From Pseudomonadota bacterium (GTDB lineage Bacteria > Pseudomonadota > Gammaproteobacteria > PS1 > Pseudothioglobaceae): DNA of 64,000 bases. Location: contig JAHZJR010000030.1 in assembly GCA_022600805.1 (NCBI GenBank), forward strand, positions 2,359-66,358. The letters are read 5' to 3'. Shown piece by piece: positions 20,370-32,677 of this stretch. Position numbers and translations under genes: made by a program. How positions within the stretch are numbered: the stretch's first letter is position 1; each line of letters opens with the position of its first letter. A model generated the notes under the pieces. That model had not been told where the DNA came from and ran no database searches. It worked only from the letters and a program-made list of their open reading frames with translations.

Positions 20370-20773
20370 ACTTTCATCTGTTTTAACACTTCCCAAGCTG
20401 TCCGCTTGAGTGTTTCATTTTTTAAAATATCACTAGGATGAGGCATGACAAACATCTTGTTATTGATGGGTGAAATATGTTCATCCATGATCAAAATCAC
20501 CTCAGCATCGTACTTACAAATTTCTTGTGGTATTTGGTTAAGGCCAGATTGAATACATACAACCTCTTGTTTATCCAATCCAATAGCCAAGAGCATTGTA
20601 TATAAAAACTCTTGCGCGACCGTTGAGTGGAAAATTGATTCAGCATGATCGGTTTCAACCACTAAGCATCTAACCTTAATTAGATGAGATGCTAAATCCT
20701 CTGTATTTATACAGTGGTGCAAATATTTATCAATACCCAGTGTAGTTAGATAGTGAGATCGAAGAGCTGACAC
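20357..20773 (-). CDS. Hypothetical protein with DNA Pol III psi (HolD)-like N-terminus and degenerate family-4 UDG-like body
   Basis: [34 protein letters not shown]...KRTAWEVL. The ORF is clear; the function is inferred. Confidence 0.55.
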   Translation of the reverse strand: MSALRSHYLTTLGIDKYLHHCINTEDLASHLIKVRCLVVETDHAESIFHSTVAQEFLYTMLLAIGLDKQEVVCIQSGLNQIPQEICKYDAEVILIMDEHISPINNKMFVMPHPSDILKNETLKRTAWEVLKQMKVCLQ

Positions 20774-22305
20774 TAGATTTGAGGGTGTGCCCTATCGGTA
20801 TCCGCCAGCACTTTATTAAGCGCGTGAAGATAAGCTTTAGCACTCGCAATAACAATATCTGTGTCTGCCCCTTGTCCATTAATAATCTTACCATTATGCT
20901 CTAGGCGCACATTAACCTCACCTAATGAATCTGTACCTTGGGTAACGTTAGATACTGAATATAACTGCAGGTTAACCTGCATATCAAGTAGTTTATTAAT
21001 AGCGCTAAAGGTCGCATCAACAGAGCCAGAAGTTTCAGCAGTCATGCTTTTCTCATTACCATCAATTGACAAAACAACAGTTGATTGATTCTTCTCACCC
21101 GTTTCGCAAGTAACCTTTAATGAAATCAATTTAATATGCTCACTTTCAACAACTTGAACTTCTGATACAAGCGCCTGCAAATCTTCATCGAAAATTTCGT
21201 GCTTCTTGTCAGCTAGCTCTTTAAAACGTCTAAAAGCATCATTTAAGCTTTCTTCTGATTCAAACTCCACGCCTAACTCAACCAATCTAGCCTTAAAGGC
21301 ATTACGCCCTGAATGCTTACCCAAAACAAGCTGATTGGCATTCCAGCCAACATCTTCTGCACGCATAATTTCATAGGTTTCACGATGCTTTAAAACGCCA
21401 TCTTGATGAATGCCAGCCTCATGAGCAAAGGCATTAGCACCAACAATAGCTTTATTAGGCTGTACAATAAATCCGGTTACAGAAGAGACTAGTCGAGAAG
21501 CGGACAAGATATGCGTTGTATCAATATTGGTATCACACGAAAACTCGTCTTGACGTGTACGTACAGCCATAACCACTTCCTCTAGGGCGGTATTTCCTGC
21601 ACGCTCACCCAATCCGTTAATCGTGCATTCAACTTGTCTAGCGCCATTTAGCACAGCCGAAAGCGAGTTGGCCACCGCTAAACCTAAGTCATTATGACAA
21701 TGCGCCGAAAAAACCGCTTTATCTGAATTAGGGATGCGTTCAATTAGTGACTTCATAGTTCTACCAAATTGGTGAGGAATGTTATAACCAACAGTATCTG
21801 GAATATTAATAGTGGTCGCACCTGCAGCAATTGCTTTTTCAATCACACGGCACAAAAAATCTTCATCAGAACGACCTGCATCTTCAGGAGAAAACTCAAC
21901 ATCATTAGTATACTGTTTTGCACGCTTAACAGCTCTAACCGCCTGCTCAACAACTTGATCAGGCGTCATCTGCAACTTCATCTTCATATGAATATCACTG
22001 GTTGCAATAAAGGTATGAATTCGTGAAGAATTAGCCCCTTTTAAAGCCTCTCCAGCACGATCAATATCTTTATCCAATGCTCTAGCCAACGAGCAGATTG
22101 TTGAGTCTTTAACCACATTGGCAACCGCTTGAACTGCCTCAAAATCACCTGGTGATGCAATAGCAAAACCCGCTTCAATCACATCAACTCGCATTTTTTC
22201 CAACACTTTGGCGATACGAACTTTTTCGTCTTTAGTCATTGATGCGCCAGGTGATTGCTCTCCATCACGCAAAGTTGTGTCAAAAATAATTAATTTATCG
22301 GACAT
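20773..22305 (-). CDS. leuA: 2-isopropylmalate synthase
   Basis: [37 protein letters not shown], and the C-terminal regulatory domain. Confidence 0.97.
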   Translation of the reverse strand: MSDKLIIFDTTLRDGEQSPGASMTKDEKVRIAKVLEKMRVDVIEAGFAIASPGDFEAVQAVANVVKDSTICSLARALDKDIDRAGEALKGANSSRIHTFIATSDIHMKMKLQMTPDQVVEQAVRAVKRAKQYTNDVEFSPEDAGRSDEDFLCRVIEKAIAAGATTINIPDTVGYNIPHQFGRTMKSLIERIPNSDKAVFSAHCHNDLGLAVANSLSAVLNGARQVECTINGLGERAGNTALEEVVMAVRTRQDEFSCDTNIDTTHILSASRLVSSVTGFIVQPNKAIVGANAFAHEAGIHQDGVLKHRETYEIMRAEDVGWNANQLVLGKHSGRNAFKARLVELGVEFESEESLNDAFRRFKELADKKHEIFDEDLQALVSEVQVVESEHIKLISLKVTCETGEKNQSTVVLSIDGNEKSMTAETSGSVDATFSAINKLLDMQVNLQLYSVSNVTQGTDSLGEVNVRLEHNGKIINGQGADTDIVIASAKAYLHALNKVLADTDRAHPQI

Positions 22306-22386
22306 TTAAGTCTCCTTTTTTTCATGTTTTTTCTATTTCTACTGTTTGTTGGTTAGCTTTAAAAGCTATACGAGTTAATATCTGCC

Positions 22387-22452
22387 CTACGGCAGTAATC
22401 GTTGTAAGTCTACGAAGTAGGCTTGAAAAGAATAACAAGTCGAATGATTCAT
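22387..22452 (-). promoter_or_regulatory. Possible leuA leader peptide / attenuator
   Basis: 21-codon ORF MNHSTCYSFQAYFVDLQRLLP ending in three Leu codons. It overlaps the hairpins CTAC-TTC-GTAG and CTGCC-GTAG-GGCAG. No U-tailed terminator is visible. Confidence 0.3.
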
Positions 22453-22467
22453 AAATCTAATTATAAG

Positions 22468-23226
22468 TTATTTTAAGCTTTTCTTAGCCTGTTTTTTCAA
22501 AGCGCGTTTGTTTCTCACTTCAATGGTGGTTAATACCAATCCTGATAACGCATAAACAAAGAAAAAGATAAATAAAATAGCGCTAGGCCACACCAAAACA
22601 ACAATCATGATTAATGTTGCTAGAAGTAATAGCTTAAAAGAGGACCTACCTTTAAGGTTAATCTCTTTAAAGCTGTAATAACGAATATTACTTACCATTA
22701 ACATGCCAGCAGCCACTAGAATAATCCATGCACCTGCTACTAAATACTGCTCATCATAAACACTAGGACCCATCATTTCCTTGGTCCAAACCAAGCCTGC
22801 AATTAATGCCGCTGCTGCTGGTGAAGGCAAACCTTGAAAATAACGCTTATCTTGTACACCAATTTGTGTATTAAATCGTGCTAAGCGCAGTGAGCCGGCA
22901 GCTACATAAACAAAAGCGCCAATCCAGCCAATTTTTCCCAAGCCTTCAAATAAGTAGAAATACATCAATAAGGCAGGCGCTACTCCAAATGAAACCATAT
23001 CAGCCATTGAATCATACTGCTCACCAAACTCACTTTGAGTATTGGTGAGTCGTGCAACACGTCCATCCAATCCATCCCATAACATCGCCACAAAAATAGC
23101 AATGGCCGCCTCTGCATATTGACCTTTAGTTGCTAGAATAATTGCAAAGAATCCAGAAAATAATCCAAAAGTGGTTAGTATATTAGGCAAGAGATAGACA
23201 CCTCTTTTTGCTGTATTTTTATTCAT
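22468..23226 (-). CDS. pssA: CDP-diacylglycerol--serine O-phosphatidyltransferase
   Basis: DGLDGRVAR...FGEQYDSMADMVSFGVAPA, LRLARFN. Confidence 0.93.
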   Translation of the reverse strand: MNKNTAKRGVYLLPNILTTFGLFSGFFAIILATKGQYAEAAIAIFVAMLWDGLDGRVARLTNTQSEFGEQYDSMADMVSFGVAPALLMYFYLFEGLGKIGWIGAFVYVAAGSLRLARFNTQIGVQDKRYFQGLPSPAAAALIAGLVWTKEMMGPSVYDEQYLVAGAWIILVAAGMLMVSNIRYYSFKEINLKGRSSFKLLLLATLIMIVVLVWPSAILFIFFFVYALSGLVLTTIEVRNKRALKKQAKKSLK

Positions 23227-23253
23227 GGTTTTATTATAGCGCCTCAGAAATGA

Positions 23254-23278
23254 AAACGCCCAACTTAGTTGGGCGTTT
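23254..23278 (-). terminator. Terminator after ilvC
   Basis: AAACGCCCAAC-TTA-GTTGGGCGTTT, 11-bp stem. Confidence 0.85.
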
Positions 23279-23290
23279 ACTTAAGAATGT

Positions 23291-24298
<1,008 letters not shown>

Positions 24299-24342
24299 TT
24301 ATCCTATGTTTAAAACGTTTACTCACGCCTATTTATTTAACT

Positions 24343-24819
24343 TTATATTTTCTGACAAACGCCGGTCACACCTGTCCTAGAAACCTCTATGATTTGATCC
24401 GCATTAAGTGCAGCTAAAAAATCATTAATCTTTTGACTCTTTCCTGCCAGCTCAACGATATACGCATCTTCCGCTGCATCAATAACTTTAGCATTAAAAT
24501 GATCAAGCTGAGCGTCTACATCATCTTGAGTGTTGTTAGAAATACTAATTTTAACAATTAATAACTCACGCTCAACATGCTCTGTAGCGGTTAAATCTGT
24601 CACTTTAACTACGTCTACTAATTTATTTACCTGTTTAACAATTTGCTCAATAATATCATCATCACCCACGCTAACAATGGTCATTCTTGAAAGTGTTGGA
24701 TCGTTGGTAGCTGCAACCGTTAATGATTCAATGTTAAAACCACGTGCTGAAAACAATCCCGAAACCCTTGAAAGAGCGCCCGATTCATTTTCTAATTGTA
24801 TTGAAATTATATGTCTCAT
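24343..24819 (-). CDS. ilvH: Acetolactate synthase small subunit
   Basis: ENESGALSRVSGLFSARGFNIESL ACT domain. Confidence 0.96.
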   Translation of the reverse strand: MRHIISIQLENESGALSRVSGLFSARGFNIESLTVAATNDPTLSRMTIVSVGDDDIIEQIVKQVNKLVDVVKVTDLTATEHVERELLIVKISISNNTQDDVDAQLDHFNAKVIDAAEDAYIVELAGKSQKINDFLAALNADQIIEVSRTGVTGVCQKI

Positions 24820-24821
24820 AA

Positions 24822-26555
24822 TTATACTAAGTTTAGTCCTGAATCATTTGTTGATGCCATTTCATCACGACCTGCTAGTAACATTTCATGATGACCCGCA
24901 CCAGATGGAATCATTGGAAATACATTTTCATTTGGATCAGTAATAATATCTAAAAATACCGTTCTATCTTTTTGCTTAAACGCTTCAATTAATGCTGGTT
25001 TTAAATCTTCTTCTTTCTCTACACGAATACCAATATGACCATAACTTTCTGCTAATTTTACAAAATCAGGTAATGCATCCATATATGACATAGAGTATCG
25101 TTTCTCATAGAAAAATTCCTGCCATTGACGCACCATACCCAAATAGCCATTATTGAGACTGATTATTTTAACTGGCGTATGATATTGCAACATTGTGGAA
25201 AGCTCTTGTAGCATCATCTGAATACTGCCATCACCTGTTACACAAGCAACTTCTAATTCAGGTTCTGCAAGTTTAGCACCCATCGCTGCCGGCAAGCCAA
25301 AACCCATAGTGCCAAGCCCACCAGAATTAATCCAACGACGCGGCTTATCAAATGGGTAGTATTGCGCCGCCCACATTTGATGTTGTCCTACATCACTAGT
25401 AACAATTGCCTGACCATTGGTGACTTCATATAATGCCTCAATAACTGTTTGAGGCTTAATAACTCCTTCTACTGTTTTATAAGCTAAAGAGTCCACCTTG
25501 CGCCACTCATTGATTTGTTGCCACCATGGATCAATATTTGGCAACGTCTTTCCTTCTAATCCTTGAATGAGTGCATACAAAACATCATTTACTTGGCCAA
25601 TTACAGAAACATCAACGCCCACCACTTTACCAACAGAAGAAGGGTCGATATCAATATGAATGATCTTTGCATAAGGACAAAACTTTTCCAAGTTTCCAGT
25701 AATACGATCGTCAAATCGTGCGCCTACAGCAATAATACAATCTGAATCATGCATCGCCATGTTTGCTTCATAGGTGCCATGCATTCCTAGCATGCCTACT
25801 GACTGTTTGTCAGTTCCAGGATATGCACCCAGTCCCATTAGCGTCTGTGTAATTGGAAACCCTGTATTGCGTGTCAGCGCTGTTAACACTTCACTGGCAT
25901 TTCCAATTACACTACCGCCACCTGAATAAATGATTGGCTTCTGAGATTTTTCAATAATTGCAATTGCTTTTGCAACTTGCTCATTATTAATTTGCATTTC
26001 AGGCTGGTATGATCGCATTTTAATTGTTTCAGGGTAGCCCTCATATTCAATTTCAGCAATAGTTGTATCTTTAGTAATATCAATCAATACAGGGCCTGGT
26101 CGACCTGTTGTAGCAATATAAAATGCCTTTTTAACTGTTTCTGCTAAATCATTAGCATTTTTTACTAGAAAGTTATGCTTCACACAAGAGCGAGTAATGC
26201 CTACTGCATCCACCTCTTGAAAGGCATCACTACCAATTACGGCAGAAGGCACTTGGCCAGAAATCACCACCATTGGAATAGAATCTGTAAATGCAGTTGC
26301 AATGCCTGTGACCGCATTCGTTAAACCTGGGCCTGACGTCACAAGTGATACGCCACACTTACCACTAGTACGTGCATAGCCATCTGCAGCATGCACTGCA
26401 CCTTGTTCATGGCGAACCAATATATGATCAATTGTTGTGCAAGCATCTAGTGCATCATAAATATGCAAAACTGCGCCACCTGGATAACCAAAGATGTGCT
26501 TTACACCTTCGCTTTTCAAGCAGTCAACTAATATTTGTGCACCATTTAATTTCAT
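24822..26555 (-). CDS. ilvI: Acetolactate synthase large subunit
   Basis: FGYPGGA, RHEQGA, LGMHG, DVGQHQMW, SGGLGTMG, GDGSIQM. Confidence 0.96.
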   Translation of the reverse strand: MKLNGAQILVDCLKSEGVKHIFGYPGGAVLHIYDALDACTTIDHILVRHEQGAVHAADGYARTSGKCGVSLVTSGPGLTNAVTGIATAFTDSIPMVVISGQVPSAVIGSDAFQEVDAVGITRSCVKHNFLVKNANDLAETVKKAFYIATTGRPGPVLIDITKDTTIAEIEYEGYPETIKMRSYQPEMQINNEQVAKAIAIIEKSQKPIIYSGGGSVIGNASEVLTALTRNTGFPITQTLMGLGAYPGTDKQSVGMLGMHGTYEANMAMHDSDCIIAVGARFDDRITGNLEKFCPYAKIIHIDIDPSSVGKVVGVDVSVIGQVNDVLYALIQGLEGKTLPNIDPWWQQINEWRKVDSLAYKTVEGVIKPQTVIEALYEVTNGQAIVTSDVGQHQMWAAQYYPFDKPRRWINSGGLGTMGFGLPAAMGAKLAEPELEVACVTGDGSIQMMLQELSTMLQYHTPVKIISLNNGYLGMVRQWQEFFYEKRYSMSYMDALPDFVKLAESYGHIGIRVEKEEDLKPALIEAFKQKDRTVFLDIITDPNENVFPMIPSGAGHHEMLLAGRDEMASTNDSGLNLV

Positions 26556-26620
26556 TATTTTAAGCTGGGTATAAAATACTTGTCGATTATACCAAATGAA
26601 ATACTAGGATATACTTACTA

Positions 26621-27532
26621 TTACAAGGAATTTTGCCAATCTTCTGAATAAAATTGAATAGGTGAATTTTCTTCCTCAAAAGTTTCAATTGACCAAGTAT
26701 CTGGCCTCTCTAAAATTGCCGATAAAAGCTGGTCGTTTAACAAATGACCCGTCTTATATCCTTCGTAGTGCCCAATTAGATTAGAGCCTAGTAAATATAA
26801 GTCGCCAACAATATCTAAGATTTTATGCTTAACGAATTCATTTTGATAACGCATTCCATCTTCATTTAAAACATCATCGTCACTGAGCGCAATTGCATTG
26901 TTCATACTGGCGCCAAGCGCTAAATTTTGTCTTTGCATCATTTCTACATCTTTCATATAGCCAAAGGTTCGAGCGCGAGAAATTTCTTTTAAATAAGATT
27001 GCTTTGAAAAATCAATACTTAACTGCTGGCCACTTTCTTTCACTTTTTTATGATCAAAATCAATTTCAATAGAAACCTTAAACCCATCATGTTTGGACAC
27101 TTGAGCCCATGAATCGCCATTCTCAACACGTACCGTCTCATGAATGACAAAAAATCGCTTATGTTCTTCTTGTTCTTCAATACCAGCAGATTGCACTAAG
27201 AAGACAAAAGGTGCAGATGACCCATCCATAATAGGCACTTCAAAAGAATCAAGTTCTACCAATACATTGTCAATACCTAATGCTGAAAAAGCACTCATAA
27301 GATGCTCAACAGTAGAGACTTTTACGCCTTGATTTTCCAACCCTGTTGATAGCACCACTTCATTGACAAAGGCATTATGTGCGCGCACTAATTTTCCACC
27401 CACATCCATACGTCTAAACACAACGCCATGATCAATTTCAGCTGGAATAAGTGTCATGTTAACAACGCCTCCGCTATGAATACCGATTCCTCTAGCTTTT
27501 ACTGATTTTTTAATAGTTCTTTGTTTTATCAT
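26621..27532 (-). CDS. lpxC: UDP-3-O-acyl-N-acetylglucosamine deacetylase
   Basis: [34 protein letters not shown]. Confidence 0.97.
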   Translation of the reverse strand: MIKQRTIKKSVKARGIGIHSGGVVNMTLIPAEIDHGVVFRRMDVGGKLVRAHNAFVNEVVLSTGLENQGVKVSTVEHLMSAFSALGIDNVLVELDSFEVPIMDGSSAPFVFLVQSAGIEEQEEHKRFFVIHETVRVENGDSWAQVSKHDGFKVSIEIDFDHKKVKESGQQLSIDFSKQSYLKEISRARTFGYMKDVEMMQRQNLALGASMNNAIALSDDDVLNEDGMRYQNEFVKHKILDIVGDLYLLGSNLIGHYEGYKTGHLLNDQLLSAILERPDTWSIETFEEENSPIQFYSEDWQNSL

Positions 27533-27537
27533 AACGC

Positions 27538-28758
27538 TTATAGCTTAAATAATTCTTGCATTGTACCAAACAAGCCGCTTTTTTGTAATCGTTCTGGCTC
27601 TTGTAAATAAGATTTTGGCGTATTACAAGCAAGCAATCCAAGTGCAGAAAAATAGGCGGAATTAGTTAAAACCTTTTCATCGCCACTCACCAGATCTCTA
27701 TTAATTTTAGCCATTCTAGAGCGTGCACGAAATTCCTTTAACAAAAAATTCTCGCAATATTTAATTTTACTAGCGCCCCCTAATACAATAAACCCTGACT
27801 TAATTGTTCTATCAAGTTTTTCATTTTTTAAACTTCGCTTAACCATTGTGCAAATCTCTTTATAAGGCTTTTCAATCACTGAAATTAATTCACGCAATGA
27901 TAGATAGTGATCTTCAGTTGAACCTGTTTTCTTGAATTTAATTAATTGATCTTTAATGGTAGAGTCGGTTTGCAATGTTCCATAGGTTTTTTTTAAATTT
28001 TCAGCTTCATCAAACGAAATATCATATGCTTGAGCAATGCAATGAGTAATCGTATTACCACCTATATCAAAAACTTGATTAAACACCACACCCCCTTTAA
28101 CAAATACTGAAAGCTTGGTAACACCTGCACCAATATCTAACAAACAAACCCCTGTATTTTTATCATCCTGACTAACGCACACCGCACTACTAGCAATTGA
28201 ATCGAGAATAATTTTATCAACACCCAAATCGCTGGCACGCAAACTATGACTAATATTATTAATCGCTTGATTAGACACTGAAATTAAATGCACCTGAGCC
28301 CCCAAAACAGCTGCCTCCATGCCAATAGGAGAAGCTTCAATCTGCTCATCAACTGTAAAATGATTAACAATTGGCTCAAGGTTTTTTTTATTAGTCGCTA
28401 ACGCACCTGCAGACGAATTTTGAATAGCATGCAATACATCATCCTGAGTGATTGTTTTTTCTCTCCCATTAAAGCTAATGGGGCGATTTTGATTGCGACT
28501 GCTTAAATGCAAATCAGAGACATTAATATCTATAAATTTAGGCTTGTGTTTACAATTTTTATTAACCTTATTAATGACATTCTGAATAGCTTGTGCAGCA
28601 TTTTCAACATTAACAATAACGCCATTTTTAACCCCTAATGAAGGGCTACTTGCATGGCCAAGCACGTGAAATTTATTGTCTTCAATATTTGCAATTAAAA
28701 TGGCAATTTTGCTGGAACCAACATCAATACTGGCAAAAAAATCAAGATCTGACAACAT
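27538..28758 (-). CDS. ftsA: Cell division protein FtsA (divergent)
   Basis: [42 protein letters not shown], and a C-terminal amphipathic helix ([11 protein letters not shown]). Confidence 0.88.
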   Translation of the reverse strand: MLSDLDFFASIDVGSSKIAILIANIEDNKFHVLGHASSPSLGVKNGVIVNVENAAQAIQNVINKVNKNCKHKPKFIDINVSDLHLSSRNQNRPISFNGREKTITQDDVLHAIQNSSAGALATNKKNLEPIVNHFTVDEQIEASPIGMEAAVLGAQVHLISVSNQAINNISHSLRASDLGVDKIILDSIASSAVCVSQDDKNTGVCLLDIGAGVTKLSVFVKGGVVFNQVFDIGGNTITHCIAQAYDISFDEAENLKKTYGTLQTDSTIKDQLIKFKKTGSTEDHYLSLRELISVIEKPYKEICTMVKRSLKNEKLDRTIKSGFIVLGGASKIKYCENFLLKEFRARSRMAKINRDLVSGDEKVLTNSAYFSALGLLACNTPKSYLQEPERLQKSGLFGTMQELFKL

Positions 28759-29710
28759 CCTCTCCTTGCTCTAGCCATTGGTATAAATACTCTATTTCTA
28801 CCACCTTACCACTTAATAAGCGTTTAAATTTTTTAGCATTGGGTTGTGCATGATACAAGCCTAGAATATGTCGAGTCATAGATCTGACTGGAACAGATTT
28901 GGCTTGTTGTTGTTTAATATATTCAATAAATTTTAATAACACCTGTTCTCTAGAAATGATTGAGCGAGCGCTCTGGTAGATCTGTTGATCAACGTGAGCA
29001 AGCAAATAAGGTTGATGATAAACCGCTCTACCCAGCATAACACTATCAACATGATTCAAATGCTCTGTAGCCTCATCAAGTGAAGCGATACCGCCATTAA
29101 TACTAATAGTTAATGCTGGAAACTCCCGTTTAACTTGATACACCCAGTCATAATTAAGCGGAGGCACCGTTCTGTTTTCTTTAGGATTAAGCCCTTTAAG
29201 CCACGCTTTTCTCGCATGGATAACAAAATTATCACAGCCTGCTCTTTGCACTACTTCCACAAAGTGGCTAAGCTCATCATAGCTCTCCATATCATCCACA
29301 CCAATACGAGATTTCACACTGAGCGGAATATCAATCGCTTCACCCATTTTTTCAATACATTGGGCAACAGTTTCTGGCGTTTGCATTAAACAAGCGCCAA
29401 AACTGCCTGATTGCACACGATCTGAAGGGCAGCCGACATTAATATTGATTTCATCATAACCCCAATCTTGCCCTATTTTAGCAGCCATTGCCATTTCTTT
29501 AGGATCGCTACCACCTAACTGCAAAACTAATGGGTGCTCCTGTGCATCATAATCAAGTAAGCGGTTTTTATCCCCATGGATAATTGCTTTAGCTGTAACC
29601 ATCTCTGTCCAAAGCTGCGTATTTTCAGACATTAGGCGATAAAAATAGCGACAGTGCCGATCAGTCCAATCCATCATAGGTGCCACTGAAAACTTAATTT
29701 GAGAGCTCAT
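28742..29710 (-). CDS. dusA: tRNA dihydrouridine synthase A
   Basis: VAPMMDWTDRHCR, LQLGGSDP, INVGCPSDRVQ, HARKAWL, NRTVPPL. Confidence 0.95.
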   Translation of the reverse strand: MSSQIKFSVAPMMDWTDRHCRYFYRLMSENTQLWTEMVTAKAIIHGDKNRLLDYDAQEHPLVLQLGGSDPKEMAMAAKIGQDWGYDEININVGCPSDRVQSGSFGACLMQTPETVAQCIEKMGEAIDIPLSVKSRIGVDDMESYDELSHFVEVVQRAGCDNFVIHARKAWLKGLNPKENRTVPPLNYDWVYQVKREFPALTISINGGIASLDEATEHLNHVDSVMLGRAVYHQPYLLAHVDQQIYQSARSIISREQVLLKFIEYIKQQQAKSVPVRSMTRHILGLYHAQPNAKKFKRLLSGKVVEIEYLYQWLEQGEDVVRS

Positions 29711-30164
29711 TGATCAATGTAGTTAATACAAAATTAATGCTGGCCTCAACTACCTGCACGCGCTCACCTGTAAAACTCTGTGTCGTGGCAAAATACCTGT
29801 TTAAAATACAAAAACCGAAACAAACCGTGCCCACAGGTTTTTCCACACTACCACCAGTTGGCCCGGCAATACCGGTGATGGAGACAGAGACATCTGTATT
29901 AGCATGGCGCATTGCACCACTGGCCATTTGCTCAGCAACCTGTTCGCTCACTGCACCAAATTCATCTAATGTGTGTTCAAATACATCCAGCATATCCATT
30001 TTCGCTTGGTTGCTATAAGTCACAAATCCTCTGTCAAAATATTCCGAAGCGCCACTTTGACTCGTTAACAATGAAGACAAACCGCCGCCCGTACAAGACT
30101 CAGCAACTGCAATCGTGAGTTGTTTTTCAATTAAAAGCTTGGTTAGTGACGTTAGTGCTGACAT
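29694..30164 (-). CDS. pncC: CinA C-terminal domain / NMN amidohydrolase
   Basis: AVAESCTGG, GFVTYSNQAK, GAVSEQVA, SITGIAGP, KPVGTV. Confidence 0.88.
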   Translation of the reverse strand: MSALTSLTKLLIEKQLTIAVAESCTGGGLSSLLTSQSGASEYFDRGFVTYSNQAKMDMLDVFEHTLDEFGAVSEQVAEQMASGAMRHANTDVSVSITGIAGPTGGSVEKPVGTVCFGFCILNRYFATTQSFTGERVQVVEASINFVLTTLINELSN

Positions 30165-32677
30165 TATTTAAGCGCTGCCTGAACAATTTCAAAGATATCA
30201 TTTGATAGATTTTTTGTTTGTATAATTCTCTCTAATTGCTGTTTCTGCAACTGTTTTAGCTCAGGTGTAAAACGTCTCCAATGATTGTAAGCTGAAACAA
30301 GGCGTGCGCCAATTTGTGGGTTTGAGCGATTTAGCTTTAAAATAATATCGGTAAAAAACTCATAACCATCTTGATGATGGAAATTAATATAATTTTGTGT
30401 AAAGCCACCCACCACACTGCGTAGACGATTTGGTGTGTTAAACGAGAACAACTCATGCGTCATTAATCGCTCAACATCCGAGACGGTTGTTAATTTAGCA
30501 GTGGACTGTGCAGCAAAGAATTTATCCATCACCTGAACATCATCTTTATAGGTTTGGTAGAAAATCTCTTTGGCGTGCCCCTGATAAGGGTTCTCACAAC
30601 CAAGCAACGCATTAAAAGCAGCAATCTGATCGGTCATGCAATTAGCTTGATTAAATTGCTCATTAACAAGTTGCAAATATCCTGCTTGGCTCAAATAGTG
30701 CAAGCAAGTATTTTTCAAAGAGCGATTACCGACCGCCTCGGGTGTCAACTCATAAGCATCTGTATTAATTAACGATTGGTAAATAGCAAGCAATAATGAT
30801 TCGAATCGATTGAGTATTTTTTGAATCACCGCCTCACGCTGCTGATGAATTTTAAACACATCAATCACGTCAACCTGTTGATGCAACAGTCGCTCCGAAG
30901 GTAAAGTTAGCACCTCACTCACTAAAGATTTATCTGTCGTTGTATTAATAAATTTCTCAAGTGCATTGAAAAAATTCACCTCATTCACCTTATTTGGCGT
31001 TAGAATCATTGATAGCCATATTTGCTGTGCATTGTCCCAAATAGAAAACGCATCTTCTTCACAACCAACCAAAACTATTTTTTGCTCAACCGTCAACTCC
31101 GTTGCCAGTTTAATAGGCGCTGAAAAATCTCGCAACCAAGAAGCAATCGGATTAGAGGTAACTCCTGTCAACACAAACTCTTGCTGTTTTTGATCAACCG
31201 TTAACATGCCTTGCTTAATCTTTTCACCTTGTTCACTGAACAAAGCATAATTCAACGGCCAAAAATAAGTACATTCACCGAGCTGTTTAACAGACACTTG
31301 CAGACTTTGTTCTTTTTCGTTGTAATTCGAACTAATACTAACGCTTGGTGTGCCTGAGCATGAGTACCAAGTCATAAAGGGTTTGAAATCAAAATCATTA
31401 GCATCACTCATACTGGCAACGAAATCGTCAATCGTAACCGCATCACCATCATGGCGTTCAAAATAAAGTTTCAATCCTTGCTGAAATCCTGATTCACCTA
31501 GAAAATTATGAATCATGCGGATCACTTCTGCACCTTTTTCATAAACAGTTAGCGTATAAAAATTGTTCATCTCTATATAGCTTTCTGGTCTGACTGGATG
31601 CTTCATTGGTCCTGCATCTTCTGCAAATTGAAACGTGCGCAGTGCATTGACATCTTCAATACGCTTAATCGAACGAGCGTGTAAATCAGAGGTAAACTCT
31701 TGATCTCTGAAAACAGTCAACCCTTCTTTCAAGCTTAGCTGAAACCAATCCTGGCAAGTAACTCGGTTACCCGTCCAATTGTGAAAATACTCATGACCAA
31801 TAACCGCCTCAACATTAATAAAATCTTTATCGGTCGCTGTTTTTGGATCTGCCAACACAAAGGTTGAGTTAAAAATATTCAAGCCCTTGTTTTCCATGGC
31901 GCCCATATTAAAATCATCCACGGCCACAATCATATAAATATCTAAATCGTATTCCAAATTAAAACGCAACTCATCCCAAGCAAACGAACGTTTAAGCGAA
32001 TCCATGGCAAACTGAGTTTTACTAATATTATGCGCCTCAACATAGATTCTAAGCGCCACTTCTCGACCAGAAAGTGTGGTGTAACTATCCTCCAAAACAG
32101 CAAAATCTCCGGCCACTAAAGCAAATAGATAAGAAGGCTTGGGAGTTGGATCATGCCAGGTAACTTTTCCTGCCGACGTTTTGGTTAAATTACCATTACT
32201 AAGTAACACTGGATATTTATCTTTATCGGCAATGATGTGTGTCGTAAATACACTCAGAACATCAGGTCTATCAAGATAATAGGTAATTTGCCTAAAACCA
32301 TGTGCTTCACACTGTGTGCAGAAATTGCCACTAGACTGATACAAACCATTAAGACTGGTATTAACTTCAGGGTGAATCCGATTAACAACCTCCAATACAA
32401 ACTCATCTTTCAGTTGATATAACTGTAACCCTTCATCCTGTAATTCATAATTAGGCTGATCGCCGTCTATAACAATAGAGATTAATTCTAGGTCAATACC
32501 ATTTAGAAAAAGTGTATTGCCATTAGTCAAGCACTTGGGATTTCTATAAAAATGAATCTTTGAACTAACTATCGTCTCAACTTCGCGTAGATCAAAGCTT
32601 AACTCTGTAGTATGAATAAGATAGGCACTAGGTTGATAATCTTTTCTATAAATCGGTTGTGGCGCTATAGTGTTAAT
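30164..32677 (-). CDS. pepN: Aminopeptidase N (M1); proposed non-canonical ATT start at 32677
   Basis: TQCEAHGFR, GAMENKGLN, HEYFHNW...LKEG, TVYEKG. The frame stays open upstream of the track's TTG 32530 and encodes APQPIYRKDYQPSAYLI (the PepN N-terminus), up to an in-frame TAG at 32699-32701. Gene identity is high confidence; the exact start is moderate. Confidence 0.9.
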   Translation of the reverse strand: MNTIAPQPIYRKDYQPSAYLIHTTELSFDLREVETIVSSKIHFYRNPKCLTNGNTLFLNGIDLELISIVIDGDQPNYELQDEGLQLYQLKDEFVLEVVNRIHPEVNTSLNGLYQSSGNFCTQCEAHGFRQITYYLDRPDVLSVFTTHIIADKDKYPVLLSNGNLTKTSAGKVTWHDPTPKPSYLFALVAGDFAVLEDSYTTLSGREVALRIYVEAHNISKTQFAMDSLKRSFAWDELRFNLEYDLDIYMIVAVDDFNMGAMENKGLNIFNSTFVLADPKTATDKDFINVEAVIGHEYFHNWTGNRVTCQDWFQLSLKEGLTVFRDQEFTSDLHARSIKRIEDVNALRTFQFAEDAGPMKHPVRPESYIEMNNFYTLTVYEKGAEVIRMIHNFLGESGFQQGLKLYFERHDGDAVTIDDFVASMSDANDFDFKPFMTWYSCSGTPSVSISSNYNEKEQSLQVSVKQLGECTYFWPLNYALFSEQGEKIKQGMLTVDQKQQEFVLTGVTSNPIASWLRDFSAPIKLATELTVEQKIVLVGCEEDAFSIWDNAQQIWLSMILTPNKVNEVNFFNALEKFINTTTDKSLVSEVLTLPSERLLHQQVDVIDVFKIHQQREAVIQKILNRFESLLLAIYQSLINTDAYELTPEAVGNRSLKNTCLHYLSQAGYLQLVNEQFNQANCMTDQIAAFNALLGCENPYQGHAKEIFYQTYKDDVQVMDKFFAAQSTAKLTTVSDVERLMTHELFSFNTPNRLRSVVGGFTQNYINFHHQDGYEFFTDIILKLNRSNPQIGARLVSAYNHWRRFTPELKQLQKQQLERIIQTKNLSNDIFEIVQAALK

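Noticed and set aside
26556-26620. Attenuator upstream of ilvI
   Set aside because: Only 65 bp, with a TGGTATAAT promoter-like motif and no leader ORF or hairpin.
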